Part shown: positions 26,753 through 42,423 of the stretch, one piece after another
How the letters are laid out: each line of letters begins with the position of its first letter
How positions within the stretch are numbered: position 1 is the stretch's first letter
From: Bigelowiella natans CCMP2755
Lineage: Eukaryota > Protista > Cercozoa
DNA length: 64,000 nt
Direction: 5' to 3'
Assembly: GCA_000320545.1 (NCBI GenBank)
Contig: ADNK01001594.1
Span: 62,001-126,000 of the forward strand
The notes under the pieces: generated by a model
Database searches by the model: none
What the model saw: the letters and a program-made list of their open reading frames with translations, nothing else
What the model was told of the DNA's origin: nothing
Translations under genes and position numbers: made by a program

Positions 26753-27293
26753 ATGGCAACGACGACCTCGCGGTCTCCGGCAGAGGGCCTTAAGGTGGGT
26801 CTTTCTTGCCGCTGTGCTGCACGATGTATCAACATATGTACGTAAGTCCAACCCCTCACCTTTCTTCACCCCACACACGCACAACTATAGCCCGATGGCT
26901 CTTCGGAGAGTGATGCCAAAAAACACACGGGAAAACCACCAGTGACTGGAGCATCTCCTGCACCAGCAGCAGGGTCTGCTAGCACGACAACCAAGCAAAG
27001 AAGAAGGTACATCATTTGCATAGTAGTAGTAGTAGCAGCAGCAGTAGTAGTGATGTAAGTGAGTGAGTGAGTGAGTGTGAATGTGTGTGTGTGTGGGGTG
27101 GGGGGGGATGGGAGGGGGGGTGTGGGGTGGGTGGGTGGGTTCTATTGCAATCACAGACCCTAATAAGCATAACATCGTTTTTATTCACTTATTTAGTAAA
27201 GATAACGTGCGTGTTGCTATCCGTGCGCGCCCCCTCCTTGCAACTGAGAAGCTGAGGGACTCCCAGTCCTGCTGCAAATTCGATAAGGTTAAT

Positions 27294-27341
<48 letters not shown>

Positions 27342-27780
27342 TATAAATGGTGGGACGAGAAAATGCGTAGCATAGCAGACAAGGAGTAAATCAGGGAGTT
27401 GATCGATCGATAGATCCGCTGACGACAAGATTTTATTTGAATGAACCAACACACCGATAATAGACACATACGCGGCTCTCAATCGGAAATCGGCCTTTCG
27501 CTTTTGACCACGTATTTGGGCCATCGACGTCGCAGGATGAGGTACTTACTAATTGTTGAGATGAGAAGTAATGTTTGTTGCTGTTTCATGCCCAACAGAT
27601 ATCTGCTGCCATGGTCATTGCCCAACCGCATAACAAACTCTTTTTTTTTTCCTTCTTCTTCTTCTTCTTCTTCTTCTTCTTCTTCTTCGTAGGTGTATCA
27701 AGTGAGCGTGGTTCCACTTGTCGCAGCTTGCTTTGAAGGGTGTTTACTTTGCTTTTTATAAAGAAAACACTTTCTCTCTA

Positions 27781-27819
<39 letters not shown>

Positions 27820-27824
27820 AGAGG

Positions 27825-27866
<42 letters not shown>

Positions 27867-28008
27867 GTGTGTGTGTGTGATTCACGATTTCTCTTTCTTC
27901 TTCTCCTTCCTTTTCTCCTTCTTCTTCTTCTTCTTCTTCTAGATACAACGCAACAGTTCTAGCTTACGGACAGACTGGGTATGATGTGCCCCACCCATAC
28001 TTAGTTTT

Positions 28009-28054
<46 letters not shown>

Positions 28055-28607
28055 TTATACACGATAAGCTGCACTTCTATATCATTATCTTTTTCCATTG
28101 TGAGCACAACTTTCTATGTGCAATTGAAGATTCTCCCATCCCCCCCCCCCTCCCCTTTCCCCTCCATCCCTCCAAGATCAGGGAAGACGTACACGATGGG
28201 TAGCGGGAACAAGCGAAACCTTGATGACGAGAAGGTGAGCACTATACTGCTTTTTCGTTTGTCTCTTTTGTTTGCTTTGCCTCCATCCTGGATGTGATTG
28301 ATGATGATGATAATGATGATGTGATTGCTGATGGTAGGTTGGCATCATTCCGCGCGTGGTACGGGAGGTGTTTCGTCTCACAAAAGAGGTATATTCATGC
28401 TTATATTCTAGAATTAAGATCATCACATTGAAACAACCAAGAAAAAGTAAGATGCACACTATTAGGACGCTATTCCGTCGATCCCTCCTTTATCTATTGC
28501 TATGATTATAACTAATCGAATTTATAATATCTGCATGCAGGCGCATGAGAAAGGGGAACAAAGGGTTGAGGTGCGAGTATCATACTTGGAGATCTACAAC
28601 GAACTGT

Positions 28608-28643
<36 letters not shown>

Positions 28644-28963
28644 GAAAACGATGAGTAGTAATGTGGTTTACCACCCACCTCCTGCTGCTGCCATACCTCC
28701 CCCTCCTCCTCATCTCTGTGTGTTTCATCAGATTGAGAGATCTGCTGCACCCAAGATCATCGTCGGGCAAGCCTGTTCCAATCAGGTAGTAGTAGTAGTA
28801 GTAGTAGTAGTTGTAGTAGTTGTAGTAGTGCTGCCTCTTCCAAACTGCTACCTCTTCTGCTAGGCGACGCCAATGAGGGAAGGAAACATTATTGATAATA
28901 ATAATAATAAATAATAATAATGATGATGATGCGAAAAAGAGGAAGCAGCACGATTATCAAGCG

Positions 28964-29007
<44 letters not shown>

Positions 29008-29406
29008 ACGCATATGATGATGAGCACCTTAGCGAACTCAATGAACCCTGCTTATGCTGATGCTGCTGCTCTTACTTCTACCACCCCCTCTCCCCCAATA
29101 ACGATTACGTCCACTACTCATCATCATGATCATCATGATCATCATCATTGTACCCACCTAGCATTCGAGAAGGCCCTAACTCTGCCATACAGCTTGTCGG
29201 TATCAAAGAGGAGCCCGTAAGGTCTGTTGCGTGCTCTATAGTGCTAGCAGCACCAAGTAGCAGCACCAGCACACCAGCAGCGTGTTCTTTAACGATTGTC
29301 GTTCAACGTATGATAATGAGAATAATAATAATAATGATGATAATAATAATATGCTTTGTGCGCGTGTGTATGCATGAGGATGCGTGCCTTTAACGTTCAA
29401 TGTGCC

Positions 29407-29440
<34 letters not shown>

Positions 29441-30389
29441 CACTACTTGCAGCAACTACAGCGAAATGATGCGGTATCTTGAAAGAGGATCGGTAATAAG
29501 CTACAATTGCATCGGAATAAGAAGATCCATTACTTTCTGTCCTTTTGGTGCTCACAACAACAAAATGAACGCTGCCTCCTCTTTCATCTTTCATGAGTTC
29601 AATGAACACGTTTGTCCAAACATTTTTGTCATCACGGTCGTTCTTTCCATTAATAAATGGGACATTCTAACCCCCCTCCCCCCCCCCCCCCCCCTTCACC
29701 CAAACTCCTCCCCTCTCCTTTCCATCCATCGGTTAGGTGAGCCGAACAACGGCAAGCACCTTAATGAATTCCTACTCGTCGAGAAGCCACTCCATTTTCA
29801 CCATCACAATCGTTCAGGTTTTTTTTGCTGCTATGTGAGACGAGTTTGCAGTGTATAGTTGTCTGCGGGTTTCGAATCAACAACAACAACAACAATAATA
29901 ATAATAATAATAGTGGGTAACGATGATAATTATATCGGTATTAGATATAGCTCACTGTTGGTACTAACAATAAGAATGTTGTAAAAATTACAGCGGAGCA
30001 CATCAGCAGGCAACGAGCAGGTAACGATGATAATTATATTGGTGTTATAGTAATTTACCGTTGTTACTAACAATGACAATGTTATAATAATTACAGCAGA
30101 GCACATCAGCAGGAAAGAACAAGCAAAAGAGAAAGTACAAGAAGTCCAAGTTTCATCTCGTTGACCTCGCAGGGTAGTAGTAACAGAAGTGAGAGGGAGG
30201 TGGAGAAGGAGAAGCAAAGGGGGGTAGTAGGGATTGCAAACGACGGGAATGAGGAGGAGGAGGAGGAGGGATCTTCCTCGTTCATAGAAGAACACAATTA
30301 ATACCATCGTTCATTCAAGGATAATTGGTTGTCTATCATCATCATCATCATCATCATCGCCGTAGTGCGCTTGGTTGCATCAAGAACCA

Positions 30390-30426
<37 letters not shown>

Positions 30427-30702
30427 GATTAGCTCCGTCGATGCTTACAATGAGGACGATGATAATGGTGATGGTGATGATGATGATGTGATGATGATGA
30501 TGATGTGATGATGATGATGATGATGATGGCTGCTATAAGGTCGGAGAGGGCTAAGAGGACTGGCGCGGTCGGTGCTCGTTTCAAAGAGTCTATTACCATC
30601 AACAAAGGTGCTGCTGCTGCTGCTTTAACATATGTATGATGTCGTTGTATCCCGTCATAGAAATCTTCCACACAATATGCTACTTTCTCAATCTCTTCCA
30701 CC

Positions 30703-30740
<38 letters not shown>

Positions 30741-31904
30741 CCCCCCCCCCCCCCTCAATTTGCTGCTCTATCTGCTGTGCGTAGGTCTACTTGCACTTGG
30801 CAATGTCATATCTGCCCTGTGCGCATCCCAGGTAGTAGCTGTAGTAGTAGTAGTAGTAGTAGTCTAATGTAGTAGTAGTAGCATGATAAAGAGGGTGCTA
30901 CTGTACCTGGTACATCTTCTTAACAACGACGAGGGTGCCAGCAGCATCATCCACCATATCAAGAAGTTCCATATTTAAATAGTACCGAATCATGTTTACA
31001 CCCCCCCTTTCTGCTTCCTCCCACAGTAACCCCGTTATCTGCTAATATACCAAACCCATCATCAGGCGAAAAGAACACACATTCCTTACCGCAACTCGAA
31101 GTTGACTCGGCTGCTACAGGTCGGGCATTCACCCACAGCCAACAGTGACGAATGCCGTAGTACACACACTCATCATGCTGCTGCTGCTGCTGCTGCATAA
31201 ATGAGCAGGATTCTCTTGGAGGCAATTCAAGGACGTTGATGATAGCTTGCATAAGGTCGGTGCTGGTAGATGAGACATCTTACTATAAATGCCAGACGCT
31301 AGAGAACGAATCATACGCTAATGTTGGAGGTGCTAATTTATGAATGTTTGCTTGCTGATTGGCAGCCCCGCTGATATCAACTTTGAGGAGAGCTTGACCA
31401 CACTCAAATACGCCGACAGGGCCAAGAAGATCAAGAATCGGGTGCCTATATCGTTTCGTTTGTCGTCGCTATTGTTGCTGCTTCTCGAAACGCATTTGCA
31501 CGAATTATAAGCGCCTGTTGTCGTCGTTCTCTGTTATTACTAATGTTTCCCGCTAACAACTTCCAAACAAATGTATGGTGCATGGTGACAACAGGCAATA
31601 ATTAATGAAGAGGAAGAGAAGGTAGTACTAGTAGAGAGTCTCTTCTACTAATGATAATGTGTACAAATTCACTCACACACTCACACTCACACTCACACTC
31701 ACACTCACACACGAATGAATAAACGAGACTCCTCATAATATTGGGTGAGTTTGAGTGCGTGTGTGGATGGAGGGATGTGTATTATTATTATTAATAATGA
31801 TATAATATGTGATGATGCCGAGTTGTGTTTTAGCGTATGGAGGAGGTCAAGCAGATGAAAGAGGAGATCGAGAGTTTGAATCAACAGCTATCCAAAGTGA
31901 GTGA

Positions 31905-31952
<48 letters not shown>

Positions 31953-33237
31953 GCTCTTCTTTCATATCCATGTTGATGCAGATTAACCCTTCATATCTTC
32001 TTGATTGTCTTGGTGGGATTTGCTTTTGTTATTATGGTTGTCGTTGCTGTTGTGTTATTTCAATATAAAACTACTATTACTACTACTACTACTACTACAA
32101 CTATTTGAGCATCCAAAACAGGAAGTACTAGGAAACTCAATAGCAGTATTTCTTATGATTAGTGCTGTGGGTGTCACGATTCTTTGTAATTGTTTGAAAT
32201 TGTCTGTGTTGTTTGTTACCCTGACCTCCTATCATTGCTGCTGCTGCTGCTATGGTGATCAATCATCAGTTGCGACCAAATCAGCTGGCACGAGACTTGG
32301 AAAGTGAGATGGAGAGCATCAAAGGCAAGCTCAAGGACAGACAAGCAGAGGTACGTACTACAGTGCCTTATGGCGGCAATATAAAATGGCCAGTACCAAC
32401 GCGCACATATCTCCAAGCTTTCCCTTTTCCCTTGTTCCCTTTCTAACCGCCTCGTTCAAGAGATATATGCACCCCATGTTGATATACATATACTACTATC
32501 GATGATACCGTTCTTCTTCTTCTTCTTCTTCTTCTTCTAGGTGGCTTCTCTCAAGGAGATGCGAGACTGGCTATTGTTAGGTATGATCATTACTATTATT
32601 ATTATGATTAGTTGTAGTAGTAGTAGTAGTGGTAGTGGCAGCAGGAGTAGCCGTAGCTGACTCCGTACATTGATGCTTATACCGCCAACAATAGCAAATG
32701 AATGTCTATTCGGCCTGTCTGTTATTATGCTGCAATGTTTCCATGCCTTGTTTATCATTATCCACAAGGAATAGCTAGTGGTGGTGGCACAATATACTGT
32801 TGATGATGCATCCATGCTGGTACATCGTAGGCGTGCAGAAGCTGACCACTTCTCTGCAAAACATCGAAGCTACTGAATCACAAAGAGAGGTAGGAGTAGC
32901 AGTAGTAAGGGTAGTAGTAGTAGTAGTGAGCTCATCCCTCCTTCTATAGTCCCTCCTCTCCTCCTCCCTTCCTTCGATTTATAGATCATAATTGTTGCCT
33001 ACCTATGTGCTTGCGCTGTTGTGTGCTGCAGGGAGTTAAAAAGCGTGTTTTGAAGATGAGAAGTGACTATGAAGTCGTTTCAAAGGACAAAAGTATTATT
33101 GTTATGCCACTGAGTTGTAGTAGCGTATCGTTCTGTGATGACAACGATGATGATGATGATGATGGTGATGATCTACATCAAAGATATATGCCTTTTCACC
33201 ATGCACTCGCAATGTATATCTATATCATGCAATATTG

Positions 33238-33274
<37 letters not shown>

Positions 33275-34956
33275 TGATGAGTCCGCCAACGTTCTAAGTC
33301 ATTATCATCATCATCATCATCATCATCATCATATTTGTCATCAGAAACATCGAAGGAAGAGCTCGCGTTGATGGTAAAAGCGATCAAGGCAGAGCAGGTG
33401 ACGGAGACTAATGTCCCTTGTTGTTCGTGCAAAAAGTGAAGAAACAATAGGAGCTAATGATCGAAGATAAAACGTTGTTTTTGTATCTGTTGTATTCTAG
33501 ACTTCATACGTCAACCTTAAAGCTCACGTGGCAAAGGTGCTAATGCTTTGCTCTACAACAGTATATAAAAAATGAGAGTTATGCTATGAAAGACGGATGG
33601 GTAAACGACGTTATGGACGTTGTTACTAATCATGATTCTGATTAATACGATGTATGTATGTTCGGTTCAAAGGCGAAATCCAATCTTCAGAGTGCTATCA
33701 AGACCTACATCAGCCCAGAAGTTAAGGTAGTACTACTACTACCAGTAGTAGCTTTGTGTTGGCTATTTCCTTAACACGATTCGACTCCGCCCTCTCCTTA
33801 CACACAAACGAACATCACTGATGATGAACGTGATAGACGACATGCAGCAGGATTGATGGTGTGTTGGGTGATATGAGATGGAAAAGCAGCATGAGCGGTA
33901 TTAGTGAATGCGCGGTGTCTACGTGAGAGCGAGGCTGTTTGAATGATATTGATAATGGTGATGATGATGGCGTGTGGCCTGTTGATATTGTGTAGCTTGA
34001 AGAACGGTGGGGTGTAGTAACGGCGCCTCCCCCAACAGATGGTAATATGCTGTAGGAGTAGTATAGTAGTAGTAGAGTAATAGTAGTAGTAGTATAAGTA
34101 GTAGATAATAATGATGGCGTTTACACCTCACTTTTCAAGCTTGTTGTGTGTCTCTGGCTTGCACACACACACGCACTCTCCGTCGCTATTTTGTCTTCCA
34201 CACCACCTTCCTCCTCCTCCTCCTCATTATCATCATGATGATCATCATCACTCCAGTCGTCCCTCCACTCAAGAAGCTAGATATGAGCAACGTGAAGAAA
34301 GAAGCAGGAATACAGGTGGTAGTAGCAATAAACCAGCGAAGGAACACCCTCTCATTTAGAAATTGCCACTCTGATACGAATGCCCTTCTGCTGCTGTTCT
34401 TCAGACTATCTCGGGAGAGCCGTTGGACACGGAACGGGGCTTTCTTGTCGACGACAAGCAGGCCGAAGAGGATTCGTCCAAAAACGACGATGCAGCCTCT
34501 ATTGAGAGTAAGAACGCAGCGGCTCGAAACCCCATTCATGGAGACGGTGATGCGAAGCGCAAAGGAGATGGTGATGATGATGAAGATGGACAAAGAGCAG
34601 GGGGTGGCAAGCTAGTACGGTATGTATTGCAATAATAAACTCAATAACCACAACAACAAGCACAACAGCGAACTCATATTTCTGATACGGAGTGATACCC
34701 ATAATTTTTAACTCAATAATAAGAATTTTAATATGAGCGAGAGCATCTGTGTATAATAACATGTGTTGTTGTTGTTGTTGTTGCTGTTGCTGTTGTGTTG
34801 TGTTGGCGCTTTACTGATATATTAATATCAGCATGGTGCAAACGCTCCAAGAAGCACTCGCCGTAGAAGGTAGCGGCAGTAGTAGCAGTAGCAGCAGTAG
34901 CGGTAGGAAGAAGAAGGAGAAGTGAAATTTTACTGATCGTACCACAAAGCTCTCTG

Positions 34957-35001
<45 letters not shown>

Positions 35002-35044
35002 CTTCCTCACGCCTTTCCCCCTCGTTATTATTTGGAATAAATAA

Positions 35045-35085
<41 letters not shown>

Positions 35086-36944
35086 GTAAGCGTCGTAGTG
35101 ATATCGAGCAGGCATTGGTGCTTGCACGAGAGGATTTGGCGAGGTAATTGGAACAGCTTCTCCTGATGCGACATTCAAGTGACTGAATCACGATGCTGAT
35201 GACAATGATGATGATGATAATGACGATGACGATGATGGCGTTATTTGTTCTGCAGGGACGACGTGATATTTGAGGCCAAGATGGTACGTTCAACGTACAT
35301 TGTTAGTATCATGCTACTCTCTCTGAACTGCGCCCTATACCTCCCCAACGAGGGCAGCAGCAGCACTGTAATAATGGCTATTCTGCTGCTGCTGCTGCTG
35401 CTCTGTTGTCGTGCAACTGTTTTTAGGTTGAGATTAGAAAGTGGAGGGAGAAGGAGGCGGCAGCCTTGAATGAAGTGAATGCACTCCGAAAAGAGGTAGT
35501 AGTGGTTATAGCACCAGCTTATATAAAACAACTTCGCTGCAGCCTTTTACACTGTACCTCTCTCTTTCTCCTCCTTCATGCCCTCTCTAATCCCCTCCCC
35601 CCTGCCTTTGTTAGATCGAGTCGTTAAGAAATGCTCTAAGCTCCTCGCCCTCCCGTCGCAACAAAAACAACAACATGAACAACGCTAATGTGATGGACGG
35701 GGCTGGGGAGGAGATGGGTGTAAGGATTGTACGTGAGGATGATGATAATGATCGTGATGATGGTCCTTCTGGGCGGCCTCATCGTACGGATGATGACCTG
35801 CGAGCAAGCGCAGCATGGATGCGAAGGTAGTAGCAACGAGACAACATGCATATAAGTCATCGTCGTATGGTGAAGTATTGAGGTCCAGGAAGGAGGGTGT
35901 TTTAAGCAGTAGTGATGGTGGTAGCAGAGGTCACGGATATTTTGTTAAGAGCATGGAAAGCAACTTGTACTAATGGAATTAGCAAACATCTATTCAATTT
36001 CCTACATGCACGATATTTGAGTGCTTCTCGTCGTTATCCATTATCCCCCCCCCCCGCCTCTCTCACATCACCGTCCTTTCCTTCTGTCGTGTAAATCATC
36101 GCATATTCAGAGTCTCTTCTGTCCGCGGAGAAGGCAAGGAGAGGCTACTAGAAAGGCTCGAGGAAGACGATATCGGTCAACAGAAACATCATCATCATTA
36201 TCACCATCATCATCATCATCGTCATTATCACCATCTACCCAAATCGCAGACACGATTATGTCACACAACATATGAGGAAAGTTCCAACCCGTCAATCGTG
36301 CCTACATAATTTCAGTATTACAAGATGATGAGGCCTATCCCCCCCCATCACGTGCGCGCACGGCACCTGGCAGTGACGGCGTAAGTTATCCTACGGGAAG
36401 GGGCAAGAGATTGCCGCAGCAGACCCATCACGTAGCACAGAGCATGATAATAACAACACATTCGAGCAAAACAAAGTCTCACCAGCATCAACGAAGAAAC
36501 CAGCAGCTGCATCACCGCCAGAAGCAAGGAAGGGGGCAAAATCGCTTGATAAGAATCAATAAGGCCAACGAGGAGAGAGAGAAGAGTGCAGTTATAGTAG
36601 AGCGGGTAAGTAAGGAGGAGGAGAAGATGATGATGATAATGATGACACAGCACTAAATGCTCACAGGAGCACACACGGCAAAAAAGTGGCGGTGCGTTGA
36701 CTTGTGTGCGTAGGCATTGTTGTGGTGGGCTCTTCACATTTACAAGCTGATTAGTAGCATTATTATACTACATTCGTTATACAAGGTGAGGCTGCAGCGC
36801 GAGAAGAATCTCTTAGAGTCGTCGATTAAGGGCGCGGTAATAGTAGTAATAGTAATAATAGCGATAGCCGCCTTTTGAAACCACTAACATTTCAACCACG
36901 AGGTCAAGTTTTTATGCGAGTACGTGCTAACGTCAGCACATACG

Positions 36945-36991
<47 letters not shown>

Positions 36992-37834
36992 ATTTCTTGC
37001 ATTTCCAACAGCGAAAAGCGTACACTCGCAAGCAAGAAAATTGGACACGCGAGCTACGGGATATGAACATTCAGCTACAGGTCTCTTGTCTCCTCCGCAT
37101 CTCTCTCTCTCTCTCTCCCCCCCCCCCCCCCCACCCTTTCTCTTCCCTTCACATCCACATCCACATCTATATCATCATATCTTCCTTCAGATGAAGAATG
37201 AGCTGCTCTCTCAAGCGACAGGGAAGAAGAATCTGAGCAAAAAGGTAGGTAGGGGGCGGGGAAGGACGAGAGATTATTGTAATCGCAGCAGCAGTTGTTC
37301 AAGGAGTAATCCTTCGTAGTTGCTGATAGCTGTTGCCTCTTGAATTGAATGCTTTTATTGCAAAAACATCTGGTAAAGTAAGTGCGTGTGCGTGCGTGTT
37401 TTTGCATAGGAAAAGGACCAAATTCTCAACAAAATGGGAGGAATCGACCATGAAATAGAGAAATTCAATGTAGTGAGAAAATACAGCGGGAAAATTCGTA
37501 TTGGAGTGAAGAGATAGTGGCATGCTGTTATTTGAAGCTCAAGTTTGGTGTGATGTGTGTTTGTGTGTGTTTGTGTGATGTGTGTGTGTGTGTGTGTGTA
37601 AAAAAGGTACTATTCTGATCTATGTCATTGATATGCACCAAAACAGGCCGCCCTCCATAGACTCGAGCAACAGCGTAACTCTGCTGCTACAACACCAGTA
37701 AGCATCCATTTGCGATATGAGAGAGGGAATATTGCTACTCCTCCTTCGCTGCTACAATTCACGAAGCAAGAGAGTTCATTGGCAGATCGAACAACATTTT
37801 TATTATCAGTGAGATTTAAGAGCCATCATTTTGC

Positions 37835-37912
<78 letters not shown>

Positions 37913-38966
37913 TAGAATACCGCTAAGTAATGATATGGACATTTGGTGCTGTATTCCTTTGTTTGACATTCGATAATATCATGCGTTGTTGTTTGTAGCA
38001 GGAGAAGAAGAAACATGAGAGAAATAGCGAGAGGGTATATGAGGCAATAGATCGTCTCAACTACGCGAAAGAACAGGTGCTTGCTACGACTTCCAAGAAG
38101 ACACAATCAGCAGCTTGCCTGTGGATTTGAGTTGTAAAAACTTAGTATCCGCACACACACTCACACTCACACTCACTACTACACACTTTTTCACAGCTCA
38201 TATCAAGAATGGAAGAAGCAAGGGAGACTGAGCAGAAAATCGAGTAGCGCGCACACTCTCACCCATACAAAACACACAGAGAGAGATAGAGGGGGGGGGA
38301 GGGGGGGAGATAGGAGAAGGGTTTGCAAATGAGGAAAGTGTAAATCGGTCACTGGTGCCATCGTCGACCTTTAATCCTCCTAAAATAATCGTTTTTCATG
38401 GATGATGATGGATGATGATGATGCTGATGATGATGATGACGATGATGATGATCGTGGCAGGACGATTAGACAAGAGATGAATTCCATTCGAAAGCAAGAA
38501 ATCGCCGTGCGAAAGCACGCAAAAGTGGAGGTTCTCTCACAAACCTATCTGCGTAGAGTCGTGTAGATATGGGGGGCGGGGGATGAATGCATGTAAGAAT
38601 CTGCGTGCTGATGGATAGATGTGCGTATAAGTCATCACCCACAGAAGCATTCTCCTCCTCTTCCTCATTATTATCTATTTATTTATTTATTTATATTTGT
38701 CAATATCATCATTATAACCATGAATGAGAGGAAGTATCGTATCTGTGTGCAAGCTGACAATTGTTGCTTGTGTGCGGTGGTTTGGGCTGCTGGTGTTTGT
38801 GCTGTTGGTATATTAGTATGATCGGCATCACGGCGTGATGGAGGGTTTAGAACGAGATTTGAGGGTAGCAAATGAAGAATAACAGTAGGAGTAGTAGTAG
38901 TGGTAGTGGTAGTGGTAGTTGGTGGTAGAGAGTCATCGCTTCAGTATATAGTGCGTGTGTGTATGC

Positions 38967-39010
<44 letters not shown>

Positions 39011-39730
39011 GTGTGTGTGGGGGGGGGTGGGGAGGGAGGGAGGACTTTGCTCATATATGGGCTTGAAGGAGAGAAATTGCAACAGCAGCAGCTCCGCCTT
39101 CCCTCCCCCATCATTAGTGATAACTATTCGTTGGTGTTTCGCACACTATGGGCATGGCTGTGAATGTGTTGCCTCCTCCTCCTCCTCCTCCTCCTCGAAA
39201 CCAATCCTATATATTACCTACCTACCTACCTAGGTGGTGATACGGGAAATCGATATGCAGACACGACTCATCAAGAAGTGAGGAAGAGGAAGAAGAAGAA
39301 GAAAGAATGATCAATTGGATGATTCAATATTGAAATAGATGAATATCTTTTGGCAGTCATTGAGCAGCATGCGTGACTGTCGGTCGTCCATCCGCGTTCG
39401 TGGTTATCTTCATATCTTAATCTTCTTCCTTATGTGTTTTCTTCTATTCTGCTGCTGCTGCTGCTACTTCGTCGTCATCTGGGGCTTCATATCCACCCAA
39501 TACCAGGCTTGAGAACACATCTTCCTCTGCTACAGGAGGTGAAGGAGAGACAGCAGGACAACAGGTTCTTCTGTCGAGTGAATAGAGGGAGGGGAGGGGG
39601 GGGGGGGGGGAGGGAGATAGGAAGTCAGTTGTTTGTGTTGTGAGTTGAGAGTTGAGATAATGAAGGTTATAGACACCAACCATCATCATATCCTGTATTA
39701 TTCTGAGAAACATCGCTATTATTTCATGCT

Positions 39731-39791
<61 letters not shown>

Positions 39792-39876
39792 GGCTGTTTG
39801 CTGCTGTTGTGTGGGACTCCATTCTGCGTTCAACATACACGGATTCAGTACCAGAACATCACTCCGAAGATAACCG

Positions 39877-39910
<34 letters not shown>

Positions 39911-39992
39911 AAGTAGTAGTCTCTCTTTCATTTTCACGATTAAAAGGGAAAAAAATATGGATTTCACGTGCATTCGAAGATGGACGCATAGA

Positions 39993-40045
<53 letters not shown>

Positions 40046-41065
40046 TGTGTGTAGTGCACTTGCATGAATATTTCCAGTGGGCAAAGGTGTTGCGATGTTC
40101 TGCGGCGGCGTGTACTACTCGTTGCTGTTCAACTTACTGATGATCAACGCTAACTACGTCTTGAAGGGGGCGGTGCTGCTTTCTGGGGAGATAATTCTCC
40201 ATCATCTTGGCAGGTAGAGAGCAATAAGCAGAAGACACGAAGCATTGCTGATGAGTTACTTGTCGTTGCTGCACTCTCGTTGTTGTTGTTGTTGTTTTTG
40301 TTGTTGTCTTACTGAATAGGCCGGGGAGAGACCACGAACAGCGCCTGGGAAACACGTGGAAGTAGTCGCTGCTTTCAAACAAACGACAACCAAACTCACC
40401 GTCACTCATCACTTTACTTAATAGTATATCATATGTGCTCTGCGTGCTCTCTTGCTGGCGAGTCTACTGCTACTACTATTACTACTACTACTACTACTAT
40501 TACAACGCATTGCCTTTCTATTTTCAGAGTCGAGAGGAATGGATGGAAGAGGAAATAGACAGGTCGTATGTGATTCTGTGATAATGAGGATGATGATGAT
40601 GATGATGATGGTGGATTTGACTTAAATACGATAGCGACATCTCTCCGTCTTTCCTCTATGAGAGAGTGGACGGCTGATTCGCTACCTCGCATAACGCACA
40701 TGCTGCTGTAAAAAGGTTCATGATTCAGACTGAGATCAAGGAGAAGATGCGCCAGGAAATCGACCAAAAGTATTAAAAGACAACAACTCATCATCACCAC
40801 CACCATCTACCGAAAAGTGTTGGGCCAAGGCGGGATCTAGTGTTAGAACTACGTTTACTGCTTTTCTGCTGACTTTCATCCTCTACTTCTTTCTCTACTG
40901 TTTTTCCCTTTATTATCACTCCTCCTTTTCTTCTTCTTCTTCTTCCTCCTCTTTTAATGACGATTTCAACCCTTCAGACGCGACATTGAAAAGGAGCGTG
41001 ATAACATATTAAGGTGACAGTAGTATAGCAGCACGGCAACAACGCACACATCTAAATGTCGCAGG

Positions 41066-41103
<38 letters not shown>

Positions 41104-41452
41104 ATCACCCACCATCCATCAGTCTCCTTGCTCATTGTTCCAGAAACCCTGTTTTAAGTCGAAATAAGATGATGGTTGGCTTTTTCCTCATCATTGCTAG
41201 TAGTAGTGGCAGTAGCAACTCTGCATCTTCGGATGAGTATCACTGGCACTCCATTGAAGAACCTTTTCCCTCAGAGAGAAAGAGCGTATGGAAATGGCCA
41301 ATGTGCGTCGCAGTCAAGTGGTGGCCTCCTCACTCATCAATCTCAAGTCGAAGGCAATGCTATTACTGATGCTGCTCATGCTTGTGTAGAAGAGACGCGC
41401 GGAAGGAGGGAGGGAGGGAGGGTGAGGGTCACCCATATATTGGCAAATGCCA

Positions 41453-41496
<44 letters not shown>

Positions 41497-42391
41497 AATG
41501 ATTTGGTTGTAGCTACGGCGCGTGGACGAGGCTCTGAATCTGAAGCAGGGTGATTTGCGCCGAGCAACGATCACCACAGCTGCTGGTAGCAACGACAGAA
41601 CAAACAACAAATGATGCAGAGTCATTGGAGTCGATGTGATTTGTACAGAAAATGACGATGATGATTGAAGAAGAAGATGATGATGAAAACGCACACCACA
41701 ATCTCACTGAGCTAGGACTAATTCCGTAGTGGTAGTTCCACCCAGAAGGCGTCGCAATAAATGATTTCTACGCGTGTTATGTGTTGCAGGTGCGACGGGC
41801 AGTGACGGTCTTAAGGAAGAAATCGTGAGCTTGAAGGAAGAACGCAAAACATTGCTCAAAGAGCAGGTAAAGAAAAGGGTCAATCATACTCCATCAGCGG
41901 AGCTCATGTTGTTATTCTGTACGTTGTTGCTGCTGCTGTTTGGCTGATATCCAGGCATCTTTAGAGAGCCAGATGGAAGGATTAGCTCAAAACGAAGTAC
42001 TGCGAGGATGATGATAATGATGATGGTGTATGATGTTTGTGCGTGTGCGTATGAGCTCTCTTGTGAGCTGTCACGTATGTACTATGTGTATTGTTAACGT
42101 GAATCGACGTTATTGTCGGATTGATTCTCGTTGCGTTGTGCTTTATCTTATGGGTATTATCCTTATACACATATACTGATATACTACATATATATATGCC
42201 ACACGACCGTGTCGCAGGGCCTTGTTAGTGTGAAGGACCGCATCGAGAGTCTCGAGGCTCTCATTGACTATAAGACAGAGAAAATACAGCAAATGGCGGC
42301 CAAGGTCCAAAAACAAGAGAATGGGGAATAATAAGACGAAGAAGAAGAAGAAGAAGAAGACGAGAATGCTTACAGTTCTCTCACATACTAT

Positions 42392-42423
<32 letters not shown>

